64,000 nucleotides of DNA from a virus (lineage: Duplodnaviria; Caudoviricetes), in the IMG/VR virus record IMGVR_UViG_3300017902_000306, positions 1 to 64,000 of that record; one strand, 5' to 3'. The notes below the pieces were generated by a model, which did no database searches, was not told the origin of the DNA, and saw only the letters and a program-made list of their open reading frames with translations. A program made the translations under genes and the position numbers. Positions within the stretch are counted from its first letter, which is position 1, and each line of letters begins with the position of its first letter. Below are positions 20,024 to 28,443 of this stretch, piece by piece.

Positions 20024-20628
20024 GACCCATTTCAATCAACAGTGATTTGACTAGAATGTTGGACGATTACATAAATTGGTTCAACAAAAAAGATTTTGAT
20101 TTGCCGATGGATGAAAAGAGGTTCGGCGACAGGGACATGGAGTATTACTGTTCCAAAGAATATCTTGACCATGTAATGTCTGAATCGAAGAAACACAGAG
20201 GCCCTCCAGAGTATGCGAAGGTATGTGACTTTCATTTGACACACAAGACACCACAACAGGCAAGAGAAAAGTCATTAGAATTTTGTAAGGACTTGGCTGC
20301 ATATCTTGGCGCCAAGTTTACCGCAGTTCACGTTTACTATCCCGAAGGTGGATATATGTCGTGGCATAACAATTGGGACTGTCCAGGCTACAATATACTA
20401 CTATCTCATAGTGATGGTGGTGGATTCTTCAAGTATCTCACTGAAGATGGTTCTATTGAAACAATGAACGATCCTGCCGGATGGAACGCAAAGGTTGGAT
20501 ATTACGGTGGCAAAGATGATCCATACTGGCACTGTGCTGGTTCTACTAGTCCTAGACAGACAATCGGATTTGTTATCCCCGACAAGGACATGTGGGAAAT
20601 GATGATAGAGGATATCAGTTATGCTTAG
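20020..20628 (+). CDS. putative 2OG-Fe(II) oxygenase (DSBH fold)
   Basis: YYPEGGYMSWHNN...GGGFF...YWHCAGS..PRQTIGF (H-x-N...H...R arrangement). Confidence 0.65.
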   Translation: MRPISINSDLTRMLDDYINWFNKKDFDLPMDEKRFGDRDMEYYCSKEYLDHVMSESKKHRGPPEYAKVCDFHLTHKTPQQAREKSLEFCKDLAAYLGAKFTAVHVYYPEGGYMSWHNNWDCPGYNILLSHSDGGGFFKYLTEDGSIETMNDPAGWNAKVGYYGGKDDPYWHCAGSTSPRQTIGFVIPDKDMWEMMIEDISYA

Positions 20629-21202
20629 TGACAAGGTAGCGATGTCTATGACAAAGTTCTTTCGGTTTTTTGCCGATACGTTCTTTGCTAAAAGGTATGG
20701 ACATAGAGCAGTTGTTTTAGAAACCATTGCAGGGGTGCCTGGTATGGTAGCAGGGATGTGGTTACATCTAAAAAGTCTGCGTAAAGCAAAAACTGGATAC
20801 GGGCCTACGATTCGTGAACTACTTGCAGAAGCAGAGAATGAACGTATGCACTTGATGTTCTTTATAGAAATTGCAAAACCAAACTGGTTTGAGAGACTAC
20901 TGATTCTCTTGGCGCAGTTTATATTCTGGCATTTTTATTTCATTATGTATCTCATTTCGCCACGGACTGCACATAGAATGATTGCATACTTTGAAGAAGA
21001 GGCGGTCAGGAGTTATACGGAATATATGACACTGATTCAAGCTGGTGTGATACCAAACGTCAAGGCACCTCAACTAGCAATAGACTACTACGATATGCCA
21101 CAGGATGCAAAGTTATGGGACATGGTTTATAATGTTCGCAATGACGAACTCAACCACTCCAAAGTAAATCATAGGATGGCGGACAACTTATGTTCTCAAT
21201 AA
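20621..21202 (+). CDS. aox: alternative oxidase (ubiquinol oxidase, di-iron), proteobacterial AOX type
   Basis: All four iron-binding segments present: LETIAGVPGMV, EAENERMHL, FEEEAVRSY, RNDELNH. LETxAGVPGM matches AOX rather than PTOX (LETIARVPYF). Confidence 0.92.
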   Translation: MLSDKVAMSMTKFFRFFADTFFAKRYGHRAVVLETIAGVPGMVAGMWLHLKSLRKAKTGYGPTIRELLAEAENERMHLMFFIEIAKPNWFERLLILLAQFIFWHFYFIMYLISPRTAHRMIAYFEEEAVRSYTEYMTLIQAGVIPNVKAPQLAIDYYDMPQDAKLWDMVYNVRNDELNHSKVNHRMADNLCSQ

Positions 21203-21807
21203 ACTGGTTCATGGCCGATGAACAGTTGCAGAAGTATGATGGCATCTGGACAGGAGAAGTTACTTGGGATACTGTAAACTTCTATAAAGATTATGCTGGA
21301 ACTCTATCCAACAATGAGAATCTAGCTGGACATCTTCAGAAACAAATAAAAATAGAAGATTTGCCTGTCACTATCCGTGATGATATTATGAGAAACTTCC
21401 GAAGACCAGAAGTTACTGAATATGTGAGTAAATACAAGGATACGATGAATCCTATCCCACCGATCAAACTGGAGACAACGTGGGTAAACTATATGGAGAA
21501 AACTGAATTCAATCCTCTCCATAGACATGGTGGGTTGTTTTCTTTTGTGATATTCATTCAGATACCATACGACTTGTCAGAAGAAGACAAGGTATTTCCA
21601 GACACACCCGACAAGAAGACATCAAGGTTGGGGTTCGTATTCAATGAACCTCTTGCTGGCCCAGAAGAAATTACTCTGGATGTTGATGAAAGTTTTGTTG
21701 GTAAGATAATTTTGTTTGATGCCAAGTTGCCACATCTTGTGTATCCGTTCTACACATCTGATGAACATAGAATCACTGCGTCAGGCAATGTGGTGTTTGC
21801 ACACTAG
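21190..21807 (+). CDS. putative 2OG-Fe(II) oxygenase
   Basis: WVNYMEKTEFNPLHRHGGLFSFVIFIQIP...ILFDAKLPHLVYPF...RITASGN. Confidence 0.8.
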   Translation: MFSINWFMADEQLQKYDGIWTGEVTWDTVNFYKDYAGTLSNNENLAGHLQKQIKIEDLPVTIRDDIMRNFRRPEVTEYVSKYKDTMNPIPPIKLETTWVNYMEKTEFNPLHRHGGLFSFVIFIQIPYDLSEEDKVFPDTPDKKTSRLGFVFNEPLAGPEEITLDVDESFVGKIILFDAKLPHLVYPFYTSDEHRITASGNVVFAH

Positions 21808-22487
21808 AAGAACCCTTCTCTCTGACCGATAATCATATAACGATCATACTCTTTCTTACCATCCCACGAGAAGTAAGTTTGAGTTTTTGTTCCTTCATAT
21901 CCAGTATCCTCAATACCAATTTGTTCTTTCAGTTCTTCAACTGATCCCACGCAATTGATACCATACATTTCCTCTACCACGTTTGAGTTTTGCACTGCGT
22001 AAACTGCCTGTGCATTTTTGCCGTTGAGTTCTTGCAGTGGATACATTTGTTCAGTGTGAATACAGATGACCACATCTGCTTCGATTTTGTTTAGGTTTTC
22101 AAACTCAAAGGGGATGTCCAGATTCCAGTGCCGGATGTTGACAAACTTATCTTGTGCGTAGTGTTTATGAAAAATCTTGGACAGTTCTATTGATTCTTCA
22201 TCCAAGTCTACAAGATGGATTTGAGATACATCCAAGTTCTCACATAAGAGAGGAACCATTGGTATTCCCAACCACGAGTTGAGAATCAACACACGCAAGT
22301 TACCGTTCTTTGCGTAGTATTCTTCCAAGTATTTTTTCAGTTCTTCTACCAACCAAACACTTGCCTCCATATTATTTTCTGACAAAGACTGTCGAAAGTC
22401 TGCCAGTTTATTAGGCATTTTGTTTTCTATGATGTGCAGGGCCTCGCCCCAGTGTTTGAAATTATTTAAGAAATTAAAATTTAACAT
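21804..22487 (-). CDS. class I SAM-dependent methyltransferase-like protein
   Basis: Start set at ATG 22487. RVLILNSWLG, IHLVDLDEE (acidic end of beta2), ADVVICIHTEQM resemble a Rossmann MTase with a degenerate glycine motif. Confidence 0.5.
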   Translation of the reverse strand: MLNFNFLNNFKHWGEALHIIENKMPNKLADFRQSLSENNMEASVWLVEELKKYLEEYYAKNGNLRVLILNSWLGIPMVPLLCENLDVSQIHLVDLDEESIELSKIFHKHYAQDKFVNIRHWNLDIPFEFENLNKIEADVVICIHTEQMYPLQELNGKNAQAVYAVQNSNVVEEMYGINCVGSVEELKEQIGIEDTGYEGTKTQTYFSWDGKKEYDRYMIIGQREGFF

Positions 22488-23148
22488 CTTCACTTTTTCC
22501 CATTGAGTCAAAAATACAAATGTATGGAAGTTCTCGGTAGGTGTGTCTTTCTATGTCATGCGGAAAGACGTATCCCTGATTGAAACTATATACCCATCCA
22601 AGGGGGAATAGTTTTGTTTTGATCACCCTTCTATTGTAGAAGAAATTATCAAGTCCTCTGTAATACCACAGTATTTGTTTTTGATATTGATTAAAATACT
22701 CTGTAAGTTCTCTAGTATTTAGGTTGTCATTCCAACGCAACACAGATGAGTTGAGGTCTGTGAACTTATGTGGAATGTGTCTGGTTTCTTTGTATTGTTT
22801 TTCTAAGTCATGCCACCATGTCTTTACGAGACACAAACAGTCTTCTGGATCGTAGTTTGCGATGACATCAATGTTCTTTTGTATGATTGCATCAATGTCA
22901 AAGAACATCTTCTCACCTTTTTGTGTGACGATGTTATCATCAAACAGATACATCTTGTTCCACCACTTTTCTAGTTTGTTGCCGCCTGGCAATGCTAGTG
23001 GTTTGATGTCTGGGTCTAAATCTTTTGGATTTTCTGTAAGACAATAGAAATCAAAATCACACGTTAGAAACTGCAAACAAGATTGGTATATATTGTTTAC
23101 ATGTTGGTGATTATATTTGTCGCCCCACTTAACTGTGTAGATATTCAT
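22474..23148 (-). CDS. glycosyltransferase-like protein (KWGxKY family, paralog 4)
   Basis: TVKWGDKYNHQHVNN, WWNKMYLF, MFFDIDAII (DxD), NSSVLRW, VYSFN.G. Confidence 0.75.
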   Translation of the reverse strand: MNIYTVKWGDKYNHQHVNNIYQSCLQFLTCDFDFYCLTENPKDLDPDIKPLALPGGNKLEKWWNKMYLFDDNIVTQKGEKMFFDIDAIIQKNIDVIANYDPEDCLCLVKTWWHDLEKQYKETRHIPHKFTDLNSSVLRWNDNLNTRELTEYFNQYQKQILWYYRGLDNFFYNRRVIKTKLFPLGWVYSFNQGYVFPHDIERHTYRELPYICIFDSMGKSEDVKF

Positions 23149-23812
23149 TGATTACTTCTTTCACAAATCTTTCGTGTTGTTCTACAGAGGGGTGATCTCC
23201 AGTGCCTTCACACCCATCACACCACTCATACATTCCTCGTATGGGTAAGAATTTTTCCCAATCTACCAATGCGTATAGATGGGTCAACTCTTTTGTTCTT
23301 GGCATGTCTTTGAATATATCCATGAAAGATGTCATAAAATAGTTTATATTGTATTTTTGTAAAAGCCACTGTGTTCTCAATATGTGTTCCATCGTATTGA
23401 TATATCCAAAAGTGGCGTGGTGAAGTTTGTGATAATATATGTCACTCTTTTCTGTCATCCAATGTGGATTAAGTATCTGCCAGTTTTTATTTCTTGAATT
23501 GACAAATCCAGTTGGGTTTTCGGCCCACATATCAATGTTCTCAAATAATGGTTCTGAAGTATAAATCTCATGTCTATCTGTTCCAGACCACATTATTGCA
23601 ACCAGCATTTCATCAGCTTCGTGCAGTCTTTGTGAAACTTCATAGATGACGCCTCTGCTTATGAGTCCATTTCCCTGAGACCCCATTGCTTTTGATGTCA
23701 GATCAGCATCAAGTTCTTGTGCTAAAAAGTCAGGCCAAGTAGGATGATGGTCTTTTATGTTTTGACTAGTTAAACTAAAACTACAACCACCAGTAATTAA
23801 TTTTGTTTTCAT
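23129..23812 (-). CDS. SGNH/GDSL hydrolase-like protein
   Basis: Start set at 23812 (ATGA overlap with the upstream stop); ITGGCSFS, AMGSQGN, WSGTDR, terminal GDHPS. Confidence 0.6.
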   Translation of the reverse strand: MKTKLITGGCSFSLTSQNIKDHHPTWPDFLAQELDADLTSKAMGSQGNGLISRGVIYEVSQRLHEADEMLVAIMWSGTDRHEIYTSEPLFENIDMWAENPTGFVNSRNKNWQILNPHWMTEKSDIYYHKLHHATFGYINTMEHILRTQWLLQKYNINYFMTSFMDIFKDMPRTKELTHLYALVDWEKFLPIRGMYEWCDGCEGTGDHPSVEQHERFVKEVINEYLHS

Positions 23813-24624
23813 CCTGTCCAATGCTCCAATAATTTCGGGTCAGCAAGTTCATCTTGTTTTGTGTGTCCTCTACTCTTGTCCTCAAAAGGTAAGAGATCAA
23901 CATTGAACACACAGAGAATACAGTTGGGTCTGTAGATACCCACGTTCAAGTCATCTTCTTCCCACGATCTACCTCTGTTGTAGGAGTATGCCATCCATGA
24001 GGGAAAGTAGTCCCACAAGTCTTCACCATACCTACCCCACTTCCACGAGTGATAATTGTCTGTTCCGTCTGTGTATGTAAACCAAATCTTTTCTTGGTTC
24101 TCTAGGACATCATTCCAGATACACTCACACTGATCATCTGACCATACTTGACACGATCCATTTGTGTATGCACCATGTGCCAACTTGAACTGTCTTGTTG
24201 TCATGGGTCTTGGGTCTTGCCACCACGACTTCATCTTTGTAGGTCTTTCTAAATTATAGGTGATGATGGGGGTAAGGTCACGTTGGATAATAACATCAAG
24301 ATCAAAGAAAATAAAACGACCACTAGGCTTATCAGGAGCAAAGTTGTGAGTATTAAAAACAAAAGTTTTAGGCCTGTCCCAACAACGTGCCATACCATAC
24401 TTAAAATCTTCATTCCCAAACCAATACTTAGGATGGATATTAGGAATATCAGGAAAAGGGATAACATTGATATCGTCATCTAAACCCTCATCATTATCAG
24501 TGTAACAGTAAAAGTGAAAGTCAAATTGATCGGGGATGTTCCTCTTTGACATTTCTTTCAATCGGTTCACAAAGTGTGGGCCGTATTTTGTTCCCCACTT
24601 ACTACAAACTACATTAACTCGCAT
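23809..24624 (-). CDS. glycosyltransferase-like protein (KWGxKY family, paralog 3)
   Basis: VVCSKWGTKYGPHFVN, FYCYTD, FIFFDLDVII (DxD), NGSCQVW, YSYNRG. Confidence 0.75.
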   Translation of the reverse strand: MRVNVVCSKWGTKYGPHFVNRLKEMSKRNIPDQFDFHFYCYTDNDEGLDDDINVIPFPDIPNIHPKYWFGNEDFKYGMARCWDRPKTFVFNTHNFAPDKPSGRFIFFDLDVIIQRDLTPIITYNLERPTKMKSWWQDPRPMTTRQFKLAHGAYTNGSCQVWSDDQCECIWNDVLENQEKIWFTYTDGTDNYHSWKWGRYGEDLWDYFPSWMAYSYNRGRSWEEDDLNVGIYRPNCILCVFNVDLLPFEDKSRGHTKQDELADPKLLEHWTG

Positions 24625-27352
24625 TGCAACTACCACACTTTTTATTACAAATAGTCAGAGGGTTGCGTTTCAAACTCTGACTGATGTTTTCAAAATCATT
24701 ACTGTAAATTATTTCACCTACAGTAAAGTTCTTTAGACTATTATACTGCTTATTGTAGGTATAGTCAAGGGGATGATAGGGTAAAAGTTTACTTTCTAAA
24801 AAGTCTCTTGCTATATATGCACACGGATATGCGCTACTATCTGCACTGACATAGAAGTATCCACTCTTTCTCGCATCACACCAAACTGGTTCTGACTTCT
24901 TTGATCTTGGTTTTGGTCTACGCACTTCATCTTCTTTCTTAAACATCTTGAGAGTTTCTAAGTTCACTGGTATGTCACTCGCAATCGTTTCTTGCACCAC
25001 TGGTATGTGTTCTGTTTGCTGTGGTTGATCAACATATTCTACCTCATCAATCCAAGTTGGTTTCATAAAAGTTTGATCATATGTTTGAACGGTGAGAGTG
25101 ATTCCGTTGTCACGGAAGTATTTACATATCTCCTCAAAGTGTTCCGACTTTGTGGGGTCAGATAGTTCGCACATCAAGGTCACCCAATTGACTCTATACC
25201 TGTCAAAAATTTTACGAATAGATGTCAAATTATGGTCATGGCCTGTCAAAAATATGTCATTGTATGGATCATTTGTGTCATTTCTTGAGGCACTAAGTTG
25301 AACAAGAGCCCCGTCAGGTGACCCTTCTTCATACAGGCCACGATACATGTCCGAGTATTGTTCGCCGTGCATCTGAAAGTATTTTACTAACGTATCATCA
25401 TCTGACATGTTATCTTGTTTCAGTATTGACAACAGTTCGTCTTTGGGCATGATGTTGTATAATCTCTCAAACACTGCCTCATAATCTTGTTTGTAAAACA
25501 GTTCTTTAAGATTGTCTAGGTAGTATCTCTTGTATAGTTTCTGTGTGTCTAAATCATCCGCATCCCAAAACAATCTCTGAATACCATAGAGTTCTACGTT
25601 CTTCATAAACTCTTGTTTTATTTTAGGCAGTTCATTTTTATACCACAGTCTTCTATACAATGCGAAACATTGCATCCAACTGACATTCCAGAAGTATCTT
25701 ACTGACCCCCACTCTTTTGCTTCATCATATACAATCTTGTGTTGTCGAGATATGTATCTTTCCTTGTAGAAATTATAAATGTCATCTGCATCTTTATTCC
25801 AATACAAAGACTGATCTCCTCGTTGCAACATCTTATCGTCTGGGAAATCTGCAAGGAATTTTTTGTGCATAGAAATCATGTCACCAGTATCATATATTTC
25901 TCTGATGATTTGTCTATGTTGTGGCTCTATGCGCCTAATAAATGTTAGGTCAGATATTTCTTTTTCTAATTCTGGAATAGATTCTTTTATCTCAGGTATG
26001 GTTCCCTTGAGTTGTTCTTCTAACTCAGGGAAGTATTCTATCATTTGTTTTGACAGTGATGTTAGGTCTGGTTCGTTTACCATCTTTCTAAGTTTGTTGA
26101 TCACGTTTTGATCCATGTAGTTTCTTTCCAGAGTTTCATCTGTCATAGAATCAAACTGTGACCAGTTCTTGATACTATCAAACTTGTCTTTATACCTTTC
26201 CCAATCAATTTTTAGTTTTGGTAAATCTTTGTAGAACTTCTCCACAAGAACATCAAATACAACTTTGTGCATTTTGTAGACGTATCTCTCTTTGTAGAAA
26301 TCGTAGATGCCATCTACGTCCTTGTTCCAGTATAAAGATTCGTCACCCTCTAACAATAGGGGATCGGTAGGAAAGTCTGCCAGAAACTTTTTGTGCATGG
26401 AGATCAGATCACCATCAAGTTTCTTGATTGTTTTCAAGTGGCGAGATTCTATTTGTCTTATGAACGGATCATAAGAGTTTGCATCTTTGATCAGTGTGTC
26501 AATTCTGTCTGTGTGTTTGTTCTTTGTGAAAAAACTTTCTGGGAACTTTGGCATCCACAGTCTTTCAAATTCTGTTTTGCCGTGCCAGTGTATTAGAATG
26601 TTGTAGTCTTTTACACCATCTGGTTTGAAATACTTTTGCACACTTTTGTTTGGAACCACAGGAACATCAAAGATACAGAACTTTGCCTGATCCCTGTATA
26701 GATGTTCTGTCAAATTGTCTGGGTATGACTGACCCCTGTTATAAGAGTATACCCAATCAGTAGGCAAGAATGACCAATAGTTATCACCAACTACTTGATG
26801 TTCTCTCCAAGGGTAATAGTTGTCAGTCCCTTTCCAGAATGTTTTGAATACGGTGTTCTTGTGTTTGAGGACATCATTGTAAATCTTCTCACCCTCATCA
26901 TTACACCATAACATTACACTGGAATTGTATAGACTGCCACGCATATCTTTGAATCGTCTGTCATTTAAGACATCTGGATTCTCCCAACTAGAATATAACA
27001 TGTGTGGTGTCTTGGACAACTCAAAGATTTCGTCAATGTTGTTTTGAATTACAACATCTAAGTCCAGATAACAGAAGGGGCCTTTTGTTCTTAACCAGTG
27101 ATGAGAGTTTAGGACAAGAAACTTTGCCCGATCCCAGCAATAATTTTCCCGACCAAACCAATAGTCTGGGTGTAGGGGGTCAACTCTGGGTATCGCTCGG
27201 ATGGTAATCCCTTTGTCAATACCATCGGCATCATCGGTGTAACAGATAAACTTGTGTCGCTTGGTATAGTTCTGTTGAACCATCTTGCGTAAATTGTTTA
27301 CATATTCTGCTGGGTATTTGTTACCCCATTTTATGCAGAGAAAGTGCATCAT
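24614..27352 (-). CDS. 912-aa fusion: KWGxKY glycosyltransferase-like domain, duplicated helical region, degenerate radical-SAM-like core and SPASM/twitch-like Cys cluster
   Basis: FLCIKWGNKYP, CYLDLDVVI, YSYNRG; two copies of GD.ISMHKKFLADFP...GD.SLYWNKD.D.IY.FYKERY; C-terminal WCDARKSGYFYVSADSSAYPC...ICNKKCGSC; no CxxxCxxC. Confidence 0.65.
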   Translation of the reverse strand: MMHFLCIKWGNKYPAEYVNNLRKMVQQNYTKRHKFICYTDDADGIDKGITIRAIPRVDPLHPDYWFGRENYCWDRAKFLVLNSHHWLRTKGPFCYLDLDVVIQNNIDEIFELSKTPHMLYSSWENPDVLNDRRFKDMRGSLYNSSVMLWCNDEGEKIYNDVLKHKNTVFKTFWKGTDNYYPWREHQVVGDNYWSFLPTDWVYSYNRGQSYPDNLTEHLYRDQAKFCIFDVPVVPNKSVQKYFKPDGVKDYNILIHWHGKTEFERLWMPKFPESFFTKNKHTDRIDTLIKDANSYDPFIRQIESRHLKTIKKLDGDLISMHKKFLADFPTDPLLLEGDESLYWNKDVDGIYDFYKERYVYKMHKVVFDVLVEKFYKDLPKLKIDWERYKDKFDSIKNWSQFDSMTDETLERNYMDQNVINKLRKMVNEPDLTSLSKQMIEYFPELEEQLKGTIPEIKESIPELEKEISDLTFIRRIEPQHRQIIREIYDTGDMISMHKKFLADFPDDKMLQRGDQSLYWNKDADDIYNFYKERYISRQHKIVYDEAKEWGSVRYFWNVSWMQCFALYRRLWYKNELPKIKQEFMKNVELYGIQRLFWDADDLDTQKLYKRYYLDNLKELFYKQDYEAVFERLYNIMPKDELLSILKQDNMSDDDTLVKYFQMHGEQYSDMYRGLYEEGSPDGALVQLSASRNDTNDPYNDIFLTGHDHNLTSIRKIFDRYRVNWVTLMCELSDPTKSEHFEEICKYFRDNGITLTVQTYDQTFMKPTWIDEVEYVDQPQQTEHIPVVQETIASDIPVNLETLKMFKKEDEVRRPKPRSKKSEPVWCDARKSGYFYVSADSSAYPCAYIARDFLESKLLPYHPLDYTYNKQYNSLKNFTVGEIIYSNDFENISQSLKRNPLTICNKKCGSCNAS

Positions 27353-28052
27353 TATATTTTTGTCTCAAATTGTGATTGACTTCATCTTGTCCATTCAATA
27401 AAACGATTGGATACTCTGGCAGTATTTGATGTGATCGTGGTGCAGAATCAGTCTCAATATCTACTCCACCAAGGAAAGAGTATATCAATCCCCTTGGAAA
27501 AACACTCCCAAGTATATTTTCGTGATATAAAAATCTATCATCTCCACAGTATTTAGTCATGTAATACTGATCTTGTTTTGCAAAGGTGTTGTAGATATAT
27601 CTTGCTTCGTTGTCTCTCCATGCCATGACACTAGAGTTATACATACCTTTCCACTTCTGCATCCACGGATCGTTCTCTGATCCCTCGCCCCTGTAACGAG
27701 AGTCGGGATTGTGTCTGCGATTGGTAGTTGTCATACTATTGTCTTTCCAATAGGTAAAACAAATTGTCGGTTGCAAACAATGAACAAATAATCTATCTAG
27801 GCTGCCCTGTATTATAACATCTAAGTCTAGGTAAAGGCAATCCCCAACCCAATCATTTTTGAACATTTTTATCTTTTCCCAATGACCTTCTGGGTCTTCT
27901 ATTAGGATTTGTTTTATCTCAGGTCTGAGGTGTTTTGCATTTTGTTCGTCAACTATGCAAGTGTGATGGTATTGTTTTGTAGCATCATAAATACGATGGA
28001 CATCATCAGCGTTATATTTGTCTCCATAAAGGAGAGTGACTATGGTTTTCAC
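27321..28052 (-). CDS. glycosyltransferase-like protein (KWGxKY family, paralog 1)
   Basis: VTLLYGDKY, HWEKIKMF, CLYLDLDVII (DxD), YNSSVMAW, GDDRFL, IYSF. Confidence 0.72.
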   Translation of the reverse strand: MKTIVTLLYGDKYNADDVHRIYDATKQYHHTCIVDEQNAKHLRPEIKQILIEDPEGHWEKIKMFKNDWVGDCLYLDLDVIIQGSLDRLFVHCLQPTICFTYWKDNSMTTTNRRHNPDSRYRGEGSENDPWMQKWKGMYNSSVMAWRDNEARYIYNTFAKQDQYYMTKYCGDDRFLYHENILGSVFPRGLIYSFLGGVDIETDSAPRSHQILPEYPIVLLNGQDEVNHNLRQKYNDALSLHKMG

Positions 28053-28068
28053 GTTTAAACTCCCATCT

Positions 28069-28076
28069 TATAAATA
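28069..28076 (+). promoter_or_regulatory. T4-type late promoter
   Basis: Exact TATAAATA upstream of 28102. Confidence 0.8.
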
Positions 28077-28101
28077 GTATTTAGACACAGAGGAAAGCAT
28101 C

Positions 28102-28434
28102 ATGGCTGTAAAAACTATCAAGAATTTAGTCATCGACCAAGGTTCAACTTTTAGTGCTACTATATCTGTAACCACGGACGGATCGACTGCAAAAACATTA
28201 ACTGGATATACCACGACTGGCCAGATCAGAAAGTCTTACGGTAGTAGCACTGCTACAGATTTTACTACTTCTCAGGTAGATGGGACGGGTGTGATAACGA
28301 TATCACTGACCGCAACACAGACTGGCGCATTGAAAGCTGGTAGATATGTCTACGATGTAGAGATTGCAAATGCACCAGAGGTTATTCGTGTAAGAGAGGG
28401 TATCATAACCGTCACTCCACAAGTTACACGTTAA
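28102..28434 (+). CDS. small virion structural protein (beta-sandwich, BppU-like)
   Basis: NLVIDQGSTF, GQIRKSY, ISLTATQT..LKAGRYVYDVEI, RVREGIITVTPQVT; pattern common in marine T4-like phages. Confidence 0.7.
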   Translation: MAVKTIKNLVIDQGSTFSATISVTTDGSTAKTLTGYTTTGQIRKSYGSSTATDFTTSQVDGTGVITISLTATQTGALKAGRYVYDVEIANAPEVIRVREGIITVTPQVTR

Positions 28435-28443
28435 GTATTTATT

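Noticed and set aside
20621-21202. Plastoquinol terminal oxidase (cyanophage PTOX)
   Set aside because: The first iron-binding segment is AOX-type (LETIAGVPGM), not PTOX-type (LETIARVPYF).
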